A stretch of DNA of 64,000 bases from an uncultured Phycisphaerales bacterium (GCA_963758525.1 CAVWVQ010000001.1:96001-160000), one strand, 5' to 3'. Positions 1 through 9,173 are shown, counted from the stretch's first letter. Program-made: numbers and translations. The notes: generated from the letters alone by a model not told the origin.

Positions 1-66
1 TCACTTTTCCTGTTGAATCGCGCTTCTGCACCTCGCTTAGCGGCTGCCGCGAGGGCAGCGCTGGTT

Positions 67-1176
67 TCAATGCTCCGGCGCCACTGCGCTCGCGAGGAAC
101 AGCGTGGTCAAAAATGTGAAAATGTATGCCTGCAGAAACGCGACGAAAATTTCCAGCAGTTGAATGCACAGATCGAGCAGCCCGATCGGCACGCCGACGA
201 CAAAGTGAAGAATGCCCAGCGGTATCCCGACGATCAGGCTGATGAGCACCGCCAGCAACACGTGTCCGGCAACCATGTTCGCAAACAGTCGAATGCACAG
301 GGCGAACGGCTTGATGATCGCGCCCAGCAATTCCAGCGCGAGGAGCAGAGCGAACATCGGGAGGTCCGCCGCCCACAGCAGTTTCGATTCGCCCTCTTTG
401 GGGCGGAAGACATGCGGAGCGAAATTCCAGAGATAGATCGGAACGGCCAGCACGATCGCCAGCACGGGCGACATGATTGTGCCGGATGCCTCCTCGGCAT
501 GCGACTTGGGCGGATGACCGCCGAATTCATCGTCGTGATAATGCGCCGTCGGATTCATTACCGCGCGGAAATCGCCGGGAAGGTCCGCGGCGAGACCTTC
601 GCCGCGGGCATGCTCCAAATCCTGGGAGGCCTCGTGCGGCGGATGGCCGTCGGAGGTGTGTTCCTCGTGATGGCCGTGTTCATGCCCGTAGGTGCCGTTC
701 ATCAACTTCTGGGCAATGACATCGATTCCGTGGGCGTGAATGAAGAAAAACGCGCAGATCGCCAGCGCCGCGGTTGTCGGCACGGTGCCCGTCGCGGCGC
801 CGCCGAGATGTTCGATTTTCCCGCCCGTAATCAGTTCGAAAAACGTGGCAAACGGAATGCATCCCAGGACATTGCAGAACAGAATGAAGAAGAAGACGGT
901 CCAGAGAAACGGTACGAAGCGGTCGGTGTTCTCCTTGAGCGCCGGGCGAAAAACCTCCAGCCGGAGAAATTCCAGGATCGATTCGAAGAGATTCTTGGCG
1001 CCGGTCGGCGGTCCGCTGTCCGGTTTGGGAAAGAGCTTCGGAAAAATCCAGGCCATCAGCACCGCGGCGACCAATGACATCACCATCGGATTGTTGACGT
1101 GCAGCGGCCCGATGCTGAAGAGGGTGTGCGGAAGGACTTCGTCGAGAGGATCGGATACGCCAAGGAGCATTTGCAT
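67..1176 (-). CDS. atpB: F0F1 ATP synthase subunit a, with a His-rich insertion
   Basis: FFFILFCNVLGCIP, KPFALCIRLFANMVAGH (essential Arg), EIFVAFLQAYIFTFLT; follows atpI-like genes. Confidence 0.96.
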   Translation of the reverse strand: MQMLLGVSDPLDEVLPHTLFSIGPLHVNNPMVMSLVAAVLMAWIFPKLFPKPDSGPPTGAKNLFESILEFLRLEVFRPALKENTDRFVPFLWTVFFFILFCNVLGCIPFATFFELITGGKIEHLGGAATGTVPTTAALAICAFFFIHAHGIDVIAQKLMNGTYGHEHGHHEEHTSDGHPPHEASQDLEHARGEGLAADLPGDFRAVMNPTAHYHDDEFGGHPPKSHAEEASGTIMSPVLAIVLAVPIYLWNFAPHVFRPKEGESKLLWAADLPMFALLLALELLGAIIKPFALCIRLFANMVAGHVLLAVLISLIVGIPLGILHFVVGVPIGLLDLCIQLLEIFVAFLQAYIFTFLTTLFLASAVAPEH

Positions 1177-1191
1177 GATTGCTGATGCCTT

Positions 1192-1587
1192 CTAATGCGA
1201 AAGTGATTCCATCGTCCCGGCCGGCGTCCGCAGCCTGCTCACAAACACGCCGCTTGTTGCAAACAGTGTTATCCAATACAGGGCCAGCATCCAGTAGACA
1301 AACGCGTCGGCCGGCCGCAGCAGCAGAATAATCGCGCACGCTCCGGCAAGTGAAACCGCCAGGTGCAGAATCGAACCCAGAAATGCGGCCTGAAATCTCG
1401 ACGCATGACCAGGGTGGGAAAGACGAAGGATCGGAGTAATTCCAAGCATCGCCGCCAGCGTGGCAAGGGTCGCGGCCATGAGCAATTCGTGCGAATGAGG
1501 GTTCACCCCGACCGCGCGGCAGACCCCCGCTCCGGTCGCCGCAGCAACAATCACCACCAACGGACTGAGCAGCATCGAACGGAGCAC
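1192..1587 (-). CDS. ATP synthase accessory membrane protein (AtpI-like, about 4 TM)
   Basis: 131-aa hydrophobic ORF directly upstream of atpB, same strand. Confidence 0.65.
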   Translation of the reverse strand: MLRSMLLSPLVVIVAAATGAGVCRAVGVNPHSHELLMAATLATLAAMLGITPILRLSHPGHASRFQAAFLGSILHLAVSLAGACAIILLLRPADAFVYWMLALYWITLFATSGVFVSRLRTPAGTMESLSH

Positions 1588-1593
1588 CGCGAT

Positions 1594-1803
1594 TCAATCC
1601 TTATTCATCCGGCTCACATCCCTGATGAGCAGGTACATGCCTGCCGCACATCCAATGAGCAGACCGATGAGCGTTCCCCAGGGACTTGATCCATGATGTC
1701 GATCCCACCAGGCGCCGACCACGGCTCCCAGTCCGGTTCCCACGGCAACCTCAAAGCCGTAGGACAACCCTTTACCCCATCCGCCCTGGTCATCGCCAGC
1801 CAT
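1594..1803 (-). CDS. AtpZ/AtpI family small membrane protein
   Basis: GTGLGAVVGAWWDRHHGSSPWGTLIGLLIGCAAGMY matches the family pattern; first gene of the atp operon. Confidence 0.85.
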   Translation of the reverse strand: MAGDDQGGWGKGLSYGFEVAVGTGLGAVVGAWWDRHHGSSPWGTLIGLLIGCAAGMYLLIRDVSRMNKD

Positions 1804-2006
1804 TCAGGCTCCCACTGTCGCGACACTTGTCAGTGGCGCGGCGCGAAAGACTTTGGTGATTTTCCAGAGCATCCATCCGGGCGCGGACAACTTAGTGAGA
1901 ATGCCAACCAAGGTCAAGACGGGGGACAATGGACGCATGGGTTCAATGCACTGCGGACTGGATGAACAGTCCGGCGGGGCAGCGGTCTTTTTCCCCCACG
2001 GGAAAA

Positions 2007-2179
2007 GGAACCGAGGGTGCAAGCACCGCTCGGCGTTCAATCTCGGAACCTGCGCGCTCCACTGCGTCAACGTCCCCGAACGCCGAGGGTGCTTGCACAT
2101 TTGGGCGATCGAACTGGAGACGTGGGCGGGATCTGCGTCAACGTCCCCGAACGCCGAGGGTGCTTGCACCCTCGGTTCC
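2007..2179. repeat. REP-like palindromic cluster
   Basis: ggaaccgagggtgcaagcac at 2007 is inverted at about 2160-2179; ctgcgtcaacgtccccgaacgccgagggtgcttgcac occurs twice as a direct repeat (about 2062 and 2133). Confidence 0.8.
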
Positions 2180-2249
2180 GAAAGGTTCCCAAACGCGATT
2201 TCGTAACGAAAAATTCCCTGACAAAGCACTCGTAGCTTATAATCCATCC

Positions 2250-3728
2250 ATGGGTCTTCAGGCGAGACTGCGCCATGCGATGGGGGAGCGGGTGCTGGAA
2301 ATTCCATTGAGCGTCGCGGACCGGCCTTTTGTCATCGGTCGCGGACCGGATGCAAATTTGATCGTCCCTTCCGTCTCGGTGGCGCAACGGCAATGTGTGC
2401 TCTTCGTGAGCGACGGACAATGGGTGATTCAGGAATGGACGCCGGGAGGCACGCGAATCAACGGCCACGCGCCTGATGGACCCACGCCGCTTTGCGTGGG
2501 CGATGTGCTGACGATCGGCGCGGAGGGAACCGCCGCCACATTGGAGATCGACCCCGGCGGCGCTGAGTCCGGCCGTGCCGGGAGCCCGGCGTTGGATGGG
2601 GTCCGCTCGCCGCTACTGCGGCCCGCGCCGTCGCACGGGGAACGCGCTCAACCCGCTCCCGCGCTGGCGGCACGACCGCGGCCCGTGCCGCCGAGGACGA
2701 TCGCAGCTTCCTTTCAGCAGCTGGGGTCTGCTCCGCCCCCGCCGAAACAAATCCGCAAGGCGCCGGCAGCGGCAGGGGACCCGGACGGGGAGGTTGTTGA
2801 TTGGGTTCCAGCGGTTGATTCCGTGGAGGGGATCACGCTCGGGCACTCGCGGAAGAAGTCATCGCTGATACCGCTGTTGATCTGCATGGTGCTGGCGGCG
2901 GGGATCATCGGTGGCACCGCATGGTTTGTCGTGGAGCAGCTTCAGCATCCGCAGGTCGTGGTGATCGGTGCGCTAACGCCTCCGGGAGCCGGACCGAAGA
3001 AGCCGGCGACCGCGAGCGAAGGGGCCGAGACGAGTTCTTCCGATCCGACCGCCGATGCGCCCGGCGCAGGTTCGCCCAGCGCAGATGCGCCCGGCGCCGG
3101 TCCGCCCAGCGCGGATGCGCCCGGCGCAGGTTCGCCCAGCGCAGATGCGCCCAGCGCCGGTCCGCCCAGCGCAGATGCGCCAGACAATGGTGGTTCGCCC
3201 GCCCCGTCCGCTTCGGACGATCCGGACGCCCAATCGGGCGATCTGGATTGGACCGATGTGATGGTCGCGCGCGACCTGCCGGACCCCGCCCCCGCGATCG
3301 TTCGATACGAAGACTATCGCCGGCGCAATCCCGGCAAACATGACAAAACGCTTCGCCAATTCGAGGCCGAGGCGTTCGACAGGTTGTGGTGGCGGCGGAT
3401 CGCGCAGTTGTGTCATCGCCGCGTGCGGCTGGCCGTGGAAATCGAAGCCAAGAAGAAGGCGATCGCCGAAGAAAGTGATGCCTCCTTCAAAGCGCGACTT
3501 CAGTTGGAATTGGCCTCGCTGCAGCAGGATGAAAAAGCATCGAGCGACGCCTTGCACAACGACATGGGCTTCGATGCCGCCGACCCGCCCGACCTCGACG
3601 ACGAAAAAGCGATTGCCGCCGCGCGGGCAAATCGAAACAAGCAGAAATACGCAGAGTGGTCAAAGGACATCGGAACGTATGTTCGCAATCACGCCGGGGC
3701 GACGCCGTGGGGGGATGAGGATTTGTGA
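2250..3728 (+). CDS. FHA-domain single-pass membrane protein with Pro/Ala-rich linkers
   Basis: FVIGRGPDANLIVPSVSVAQRQCVL...GGTRING FHA-like N-terminus; TM LIPLLICMVLAAGIIGGTAWFVV; ATG at 2250 chosen over the upstream extension, which runs through a REP. Confidence 0.8.
   Translation: MGLQARLRHAMGERVLEIPLSVADRPFVIGRGPDANLIVPSVSVAQRQCVLFVSDGQWVIQEWTPGGTRINGHAPDGPTPLCVGDVLTIGAEGTAATLEIDPGGAESGRAGSPALDGVRSPLLRPAPSHGERAQPAPALAARPRPVPPRTIAASFQQLGSAPPPPKQIRKAPAAAGDPDGEVVDWVPAVDSVEGITLGHSRKKSSLIPLLICMVLAAGIIGGTAWFVVEQLQHPQVVVIGALTPPGAGPKKPATASEGAETSSSDPTADAPGAGSPSADAPGAGPPSADAPGAGSPSADAPSAGPPSADAPDNGGSPAPSASDDPDAQSGDLDWTDVMVARDLPDPAPAIVRYEDYRRRNPGKHDKTLRQFEAEAFDRLWWRRIAQLCHRRVRLAVEIEAKKKAIAEESDASFKARLQLELASLQQDEKASSDALHNDMGFDAADPPDLDDEKAIAAARANRNKQKYAEWSKDIGTYVRNHAGATPWGDEDL
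3051..3182 (+). repeat. 30-bp coding tandem repeat (ADAPGAG[S/P]PS, about 4.3 copies)
   Basis: gc(c/a/g)gatgcgccc(g/a)gcgc(a/c)ggt(t/c)cgcccagc repeated in frame within the FHA protein. Confidence 0.9.
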
Positions 3729-3751
3729 AAATCACCAATCACAAGCCCGAC

Positions 3752-4477
3752 CTACCACGTCAGCGCATCCAGATGCCGCTGAATGTCCCCCGCGCTTCCA
3801 AAGCGCTCGAGGATCAGTGAATCTTTTTGTCCGCGAATGATGTCCTTCACCACCTTCGGCTGGCGGCTGTATCGCTTTCGCCCTCCGACGATCGTGTAAA
3901 ACACTTCGATCAGATTCAGAACGTCCTTGTGGATCTTGCTGCGCGTCGGCCGGCCGAGATCGAAGAAGTCGAGCAGCTTTACTTCAAAGCCGATGCCGCG
4001 CCGGCGGATCATGATGTTGTCGTCGTGAATGTCGCCGTGATATTCTCCCACCGCGTGAATCGGCGCGATTCCCTTGGCCAGCACGTAAAGCACGTGGAGC
4101 GCCTCGAAAGTGGTCAGCCGGTGCTCGCGCTGGGCAACGAGAAACTCGCTGAGCTTCTGGCCCTCAACCAGTTCGCTGATCACCACCATGACTTTCCGCC
4201 GACGGAAGTAGGCGATCTCCTGATGGTGATACTGCATGAGAATGGGACAGTGCCGCAGCGCGTCGAGCTTGCGTGCGTATGCGATGGCGGCTTTGCCCAT
4301 CGGGTCGCGATGGGGGTAATAGAACTTGGCCGCGCGGCGGATGCCCGTCGCCCGCTCGACGATCGAGTAGACTTCCCCTTCCCATCCGCTTCCCAGCAAC
4401 CCCTCGATCAGATATTTGCCTGCGACGCTCCGCCCCGGCGGGAAGTCGAATCGTTTCACTTTGCCGGGCCTGTACAT
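3752..4477 (-). CDS. Small atypical Ser/Thr protein kinase-like protein
   Basis: LLGSGWEGEVY glycine loop, AAKFY lysine, HGDIHDDNIM catalytic loop, LLDFFD in place of DFG; start uncertain (4477 or 4504). Confidence 0.8.
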   Translation of the reverse strand: MYRPGKVKRFDFPPGRSVAGKYLIEGLLGSGWEGEVYSIVERATGIRRAAKFYYPHRDPMGKAAIAYARKLDALRHCPILMQYHHQEIAYFRRRKVMVVISELVEGQKLSEFLVAQREHRLTTFEALHVLYVLAKGIAPIHAVGEYHGDIHDDNIMIRRRGIGFEVKLLDFFDLGRPTRSKIHKDVLNLIEVFYTIVGGRKRYSRQPKVVKDIIRGQKDSLILERFGSAGDIQRHLDALTW

Positions 4478-4666
4478 ACGCTCATATTGGGAGCCGCCGG
4501 GCAATTTTCAATCGGGGCCGGCCGGCAGTGGATTTTGATGAAAAATCGCCGGTCGTAGACAGAAAGGCCTTCCCAGAGTCCCGCGACCGAGGAACACTGT
4601 GCACCTTTGCACACCGTTCCAGCAACGTCACGTTCATCGCGAGAAACCTCTGCGCACTGAAACATT

Positions 4667-4803
4667 CCCCGTGGCACGGGCGTCCCGCCCGTGTTAGCGA
4701 CGCCGAAAATAGAGAAGCGTTGGATCAACCCGCGGAATCTGATTTGTCTTACTTCTCATGCAACCAGCATGGGCGGGACGCGCGGGACGCACATGCCACG
4801 GGG
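4667..4803. repeat. REP-like inverted pair
   Basis: ccccgtggcacgggcgtcccgcccgtg ... catgggcgggacgcgcgggacgcacatgccacgggg. Confidence 0.7.
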
Positions 4804-4875
4804 ACGCCCTATTGAAACGCGATCCGCATTTATAGCCCAACGCTTTGCGGCCGAATTCGCTACAATTCTGCGCCG

Positions 4876-5265
4876 ATGGATTTTCTCAAAAGCATCGGCG
4901 GGAAAATCGTCACCGGGCTGGTGGCGCTGGCAGTGATCGCGGCAGGGGTCTCCTGGTTTGAGATGGACCCGGGCACGCGGCATGCCATCGCCTCTGACGC
5001 TGGCCGTATTCTTGCGTGGTCCGGAGTTGTCATCCTCCTGCCGTGGGTGACGTTCTTCCTCATCGGCGCCGTGGCGCGGCAGGAGAGCAACCTCGCGGGA
5101 GCCTTGCTGGTGACGGGATATACGATCGTCGAGGCGGTCGTGCTGGCGTGGTTGTTTGGGTGGTCGCTCCGCGGGGCGATGCCGTGGGTCTTCTTTTCGG
5201 CGGCAGTTTTGTTGGCCGCGGCGTATAATCTTTTCACGTGCGACTGGATCGCCGAGAAATTGTGA
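4876..5265 (+). CDS. Hypothetical integral membrane protein (about 4 TM), first gene of the ESCRT-III-like operon
   Basis: 129-aa hydrophobic ORF ending 4 nt before the kinase ATG. Confidence 0.8.
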   Translation: MDFLKSIGGKIVTGLVALAVIAAGVSWFEMDPGTRHAIASDAGRILAWSGVVILLPWVTFFLIGAVARQESNLAGALLVTGYTIVEAVVLAWLFGWSLRGAMPWVFFSAAVLLAAAYNLFTCDWIAEKL

Positions 5266-5269
5266 AGCC

Positions 5270-6325
5270 ATGATTACTCCAAATCAACGCGTCGGCGAAT
5301 ACGTTCTGCAGGAAAGGATTAGCGCCGGCACTTTTGGCGAGGTTTGGAAGGCGCATCACCACGTCTGGAGCGACCAGATCGTGGCGATGAAAATCCCCAC
5401 CGATCCGCAATACATCCGAAACCTCCAGCGCGAAGGCGTCACCATTCACGGGCTGGTTCATCCCAACATCGTGCGCACGTTGGCGTTCGATCCGTTTGCC
5501 GAGGTCGCGTATCTGGCGATGGAATACATTCCCGGCACCAGCCTTCGACCGGTGATTCAGAGCCGCAAGCTCAAACCGGACGACGCGGTAGCCATCATGC
5601 GGCAGGTGCTTGCGGGGCTCTCGTTTGCCCATGAGCGCGGGGTCGTGCATCGCGATATCAAGCCGGAGAATATCCTCGTCCACGAGCGCGTCGCCCAGGA
5701 AGGATATTCGTCGCCGGGGTTGATCAAGGTGACGGATTTCGGATTGGGCCAGACGTCGCAGACGATGGCGGCGGGGTCGATCGCGTACTCGGCGTCCCTG
5801 CAGACGCCGCAGGCGCAGGAAATCGCCGGCACGCTCGACTACATGGCGCCCGAGCAACGGAGCGTCCAGGAGAAAATTGACGGACGCACCGATCTCTACG
5901 CCTGCGGCGTGGTCCTTTACGAGATGCTCACCGGCGAACGACCAGCCGGCACAGAACTGCCCAGCGAGCTGAATCACGCCGTTTCGCGGCAACTCGACGA
6001 AGCGTTCCGTCGCTCCTACTCCCGGCTGGATAAGCGATTTGCTTCCGCGGCGGAGTTTGCCAAGGCGCTGGGCGGCCCGCCGCCCGTCCCGCAGACGGCG
6101 CCGCGGAGCGTGCCGTTGAATATGATGTTGCTGGAAAAGCGGGCGTGCCCGCAATGTCGTCAGTCGGTGGAAGCGGCGGACCAGTTCTGCATGCACTGCG
6201 GCGTGCAGCTGGTCGAAAACGTTCGCCGCTGTCCGCAGTGCGGCGCGTATCCCGATCTGACGGACCAGTATTGTATTTTTTGCGGACAGACGCTCAGCCG
6301 CACTCCGATGCCGGCCGCGAGGTAA
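5270..6325 (+). CDS. Hanks-type Ser/Thr protein kinase with C-terminal double zinc ribbon
   Basis: AGTFGEVWK, VAMK, HRDIKPEN, DFG, GTLDYMAPE; CPQC..FCMHCG..CPQC..YCIFCG. Confidence 0.93.
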   Translation: MITPNQRVGEYVLQERISAGTFGEVWKAHHHVWSDQIVAMKIPTDPQYIRNLQREGVTIHGLVHPNIVRTLAFDPFAEVAYLAMEYIPGTSLRPVIQSRKLKPDDAVAIMRQVLAGLSFAHERGVVHRDIKPENILVHERVAQEGYSSPGLIKVTDFGLGQTSQTMAAGSIAYSASLQTPQAQEIAGTLDYMAPEQRSVQEKIDGRTDLYACGVVLYEMLTGERPAGTELPSELNHAVSRQLDEAFRRSYSRLDKRFASAAEFAKALGGPPPVPQTAPRSVPLNMMLLEKRACPQCRQSVEAADQFCMHCGVQLVENVRRCPQCGAYPDLTDQYCIFCGQTLSRTPMPAAR

Positions 6326-6331
6326 AGAATC

Positions 6332-6613
6332 ATGGTGCATGTAGCCGTTGGCGCGGTGCTGTTTGCGGCCTTGATGGTCATCACCGCGGTGCTCTTCACG
6401 ATCTGGCTGGTGGCCCTGGTGGCGCGCTGGATGTGGCGCCTGGTGATGGGCGGCACTTCGCGTTCGTCATATTCTTCCAAGGGTGTTCTCGACACACGGA
6501 TGTGCAGCCGCGACCGCTGCCGGGCGGTAAATCCATCGCAGGCACAATTCTGTCGTCGCTGCGGCACCAGCTTGAACGACGCCGCCGCCGTCGGACGGCG
6601 CGTCGCCGTCTGA
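6332..6613 (+). CDS. Small membrane-anchored zinc-ribbon protein
   Basis: Long hydrophobic N-terminus, then CSRDRCRAVNPSQAQFCRRCG. Confidence 0.8.
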   Translation: MVHVAVGAVLFAALMVITAVLFTIWLVALVARWMWRLVMGGTSRSSYSSKGVLDTRMCSRDRCRAVNPSQAQFCRRCGTSLNDAAAVGRRVAV

Positions 6614-6631
6614 TCTTCACGGAGACGATGC

Positions 6632-7563
6632 GTGAGTATGACCGTGCCCACGTCAACTGCCGCCCCGGTCGATCCCCCGGCGATGGATCCTCAATCGCAG
6701 ATGGTGCGAGCCGCCGGTTCAACCGGGTGGGGCGTGATCACTTCGGCGATCGTCGGCGCGGTTTCCTTTGGCATACTTCCCGCATTCCGCTGGTCTGGAC
6801 AATTCGCCGACATCGCCGAACGCGAAGCATCGCGCTTTCGCGGTCCGGTCCGCTGGGCGATCGCAATCGATGGATCGCAGCGGACCGCGCAGGAACTGAA
6901 CGAGCGCGTTCTCGCGTCGCTCCGCGCTGGTACCTTACGGTTTTCAGCTACGCGCTGGTCGTATACGTTGCCGTTACTTTCTCGCTGGAATTTCTCAGGC
7001 AATCGTTTTCGATCGATCGGCTGATGCTCTATACCTATTCCTACGCGAGGCCTGAATCCGATTTCATGTGGAACGTTTTTGACGCGGACCGATGGGCTCG
7101 ATCGGAACACGCTCGCGCAGCGCATATGCTCTGGTGCGTCGCGCTGTCCGTTGCGTATGGAGCCCATTGGCTGCAGGTCCGTTGGCATCGAAAGGCCGTT
7201 CGGCGGTTTGTTCGCACCTTCAATCGCGTCGTTCAACCGCGCGGCATCCTCCCCGTGCAAATGCGCGAGCCGGGCGCCTTTCATCCGATGCTGGTCGTGG
7301 GAGCCATTCTGTTTGGTTCGTTTGGCGCCTGGTGGGGAATCCCCATGCTGCTGGCCGCTTCGGCTCAGAGTCGATATACCTTGATAACGCGCCGGTCGCT
7401 TGCAGTGCAGTTTGCCGACCGCATGAGCAAAAGAGCGGTGCAGCGCACGGTCGAAAGGCGCTGCCCAACGCAGGGCTGCCGGGCGCTGCTTCCGCCGCCC
7501 GCGAAATTTTGTCCGCAGTGCGGAGCGCGGGTGCCAGAGCCGATGATCGATCAGGTGGGTTAG
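6632..7563 (+). CDS. Multi-TM membrane protein with C-terminal zinc ribbon (apparent frameshift near 6905)
   Basis: N-part in ORF 6632-7024 (TM GVITSAIVGAVSFGILPAF) joins the frame of 6145-7563 (further TMs; CPTQGCRALLPPPAKFCPQCG) if one base is restored. Confidence 0.7.
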
Positions 7564-7566
7564 TCC

Positions 7567-7707
7567 ATGCCGCAAATGTATCGAATGCTCGCGGTGATTG
7601 GGTGGACGTGGTGCATCGGGTTCTTCCTTTTCCTTGCATTCAAGCTGTGCCGTTTGCCGAGGCGGACGGATGCAGCAAATTCGGATGAGTCTTCGCGAGT
7701 TGCCTGA
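7567..7707 (+). CDS. 46-aa single-TM microprotein (MPQMYRMLAVIGWTWCIGFFLFLAFKLCRLPRRTDAANSDESSRVA)
   Basis: Translated by hand; starts 3 nt after the upstream stop and its TGA overlaps the next ATG (TGATG); below the ORF-track length cutoff. Confidence 0.65.
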   Translation: MPQMYRMLAVIGWTWCIGFFLFLAFKLCRLPRRTDAANSDESSRVA

Positions 7708-9170
7708 TGAGCAGTACCGATCCCCTGATTCACCGCGAGCTTGAAGAGCAGATGATTCGGCACGTCGAACGCCTGCTCACCGATGATCGTCTTCGCATCG
7801 ATACCGCGATCGGCCGCCGTCCGGTCATGACGTTTATCAACAGCCCGGTGAAATCGGATCATGCGGTCGAGCTCAAGCGCCTGATGAGCGAGATGAATGT
7901 GCCGGACCGCGAGTTGCAGGCGAAGATGCCGGTCGGTCTTTCGCTCGAGGTCGCGCTGACGCGCAGGAAGCTCTTCATTTTTACGCAGACGGTGGGGCGC
8001 TTGCGCGTGTTGTGCGTCCCGCCCATGCGCGCCCTGATTGGCGGTGAAGTCCCCAGGCCGATGACGACCGGCGAGTTGCAAAAGGTGCTCGCTTCACAAC
8101 CGCCGTCGACTCCCGGAGCGCCGACGACGATATTAATCGTCTCGACCAGCGGCTACACGCTTGAGGCACACGAAGCGGCCGAGCGCCGCACCGATCGCAC
8201 CGTTATACTGGCTGAGCCGAACGACGCCGGCGGGTGGACCATTACCGGTCCGGCCGAAACCAAGGCGTTGACTGATCTGTTCGATCCGGAGGTGGAGGAC
8301 GAGAAGCGCAGCCGCGTTCGCGAGCAGATTGAAGAGGAGAAGATGAATCTCTCCGGCGCCGGCATCGCCACCGACAAGCTCGCGGCGCGAATGCAGCTTC
8401 CGGTGCAGTTTGTCGAGGGCGAGCTGAAGGCCTACGCCAAGGCCAACCCCGGCCTGGTCGCCCGGCGACTGGATGGCCGGGTTGTTCTCTTTCGCGAGGG
8501 GTCGGGTCCGCCGGCACTCGCCGCTGGAGGTTCATCCATGCCGTTGATCGATCGCGTCAAAACACTCTTTGCCCGCAAGGGCGAGGTCGAGAAAAAAATC
8601 GCGTTTCTCTCCGAGCGCCGCACCGCTCTCTCGCAGCAGCGCGAACGTTCCTACGAAGAGATGGCGGGTATCGAGCAGCAGGAAGCGCAGCTCAAACGCC
8701 AGTTCGGCGAGGCGACCGGTACGATCACCAAGAAGCGGGTCACGAGCCAGCTTCTGCAGATGCGAAAGGATCTGGAGCGACGCCAGCAGCTTCTCTCGGT
8801 GCTGAATCAGCAGGTGGATGTCGTAAGCACGCATCTGCACAATCTGGAGCTCGTTCAGCAGGGCCAGACCGCGAAGCTGCCGGATGCGGATGAGATGACC
8901 GCCGACGCGGTCAAAGCCGAGGAGATGCTCGCGGAACTTGAAGCCAACAGTGAATTATCCGCGTCAATCGGACAGACCGGCGGAATCGCGGGGCTCAACG
9001 CCGAGGAACAGGCGCTTTACGAAGAACTCGAGCGCGAAATGAATCCCGCGAAATCCATCCCCGCGTCCTCCCCCGGGCGAAAGATCGCATCGAAGCAGGA
9101 TGAGCCGGCTCGTCCCGAGCCGACTTCCGCCCCCTCGCGGCAGCGTCGCGGCGAAGCCGAGCCCGGATAA
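7707..9170 (+). CDS. Fusion protein: restriction-endonuclease-like alpha/beta domain + winged helix + ESCRT-III/Snf7-like helical domain
   Basis: ILIVSTSGYTLEAHEAA (Mrr-like strand/helix); IATDKLAARMQLPVQFVEGELKAY..GLVARRLDGRVVLF (wHTH pattern); C-terminal MPLIDRVKTLFARK...long helical hairpin...GLNAEEQALYEELEREM. CDS is secure; domain calls are by eye. Confidence 0.6.
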   Translation: MSSTDPLIHRELEEQMIRHVERLLTDDRLRIDTAIGRRPVMTFINSPVKSDHAVELKRLMSEMNVPDRELQAKMPVGLSLEVALTRRKLFIFTQTVGRLRVLCVPPMRALIGGEVPRPMTTGELQKVLASQPPSTPGAPTTILIVSTSGYTLEAHEAAERRTDRTVILAEPNDAGGWTITGPAETKALTDLFDPEVEDEKRSRVREQIEEEKMNLSGAGIATDKLAARMQLPVQFVEGELKAYAKANPGLVARRLDGRVVLFREGSGPPALAAGGSSMPLIDRVKTLFARKGEVEKKIAFLSERRTALSQQRERSYEEMAGIEQQEAQLKRQFGEATGTITKKRVTSQLLQMRKDLERRQQLLSVLNQQVDVVSTHLHNLELVQQGQTAKLPDADEMTADAVKAEEMLAELEANSELSASIGQTGGIAGLNAEEQALYEELEREMNPAKSIPASSPGRKIASKQDEPARPEPTSAPSRQRRGEAEPG

Positions 9171-9173
9171 ACC

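Noticed and set aside
2007..2179. 37-bp direct repeats with a spacer, CRISPR-like
   Set aside because: Only two direct copies plus one inverted copy; no cas genes; fits REP organisation
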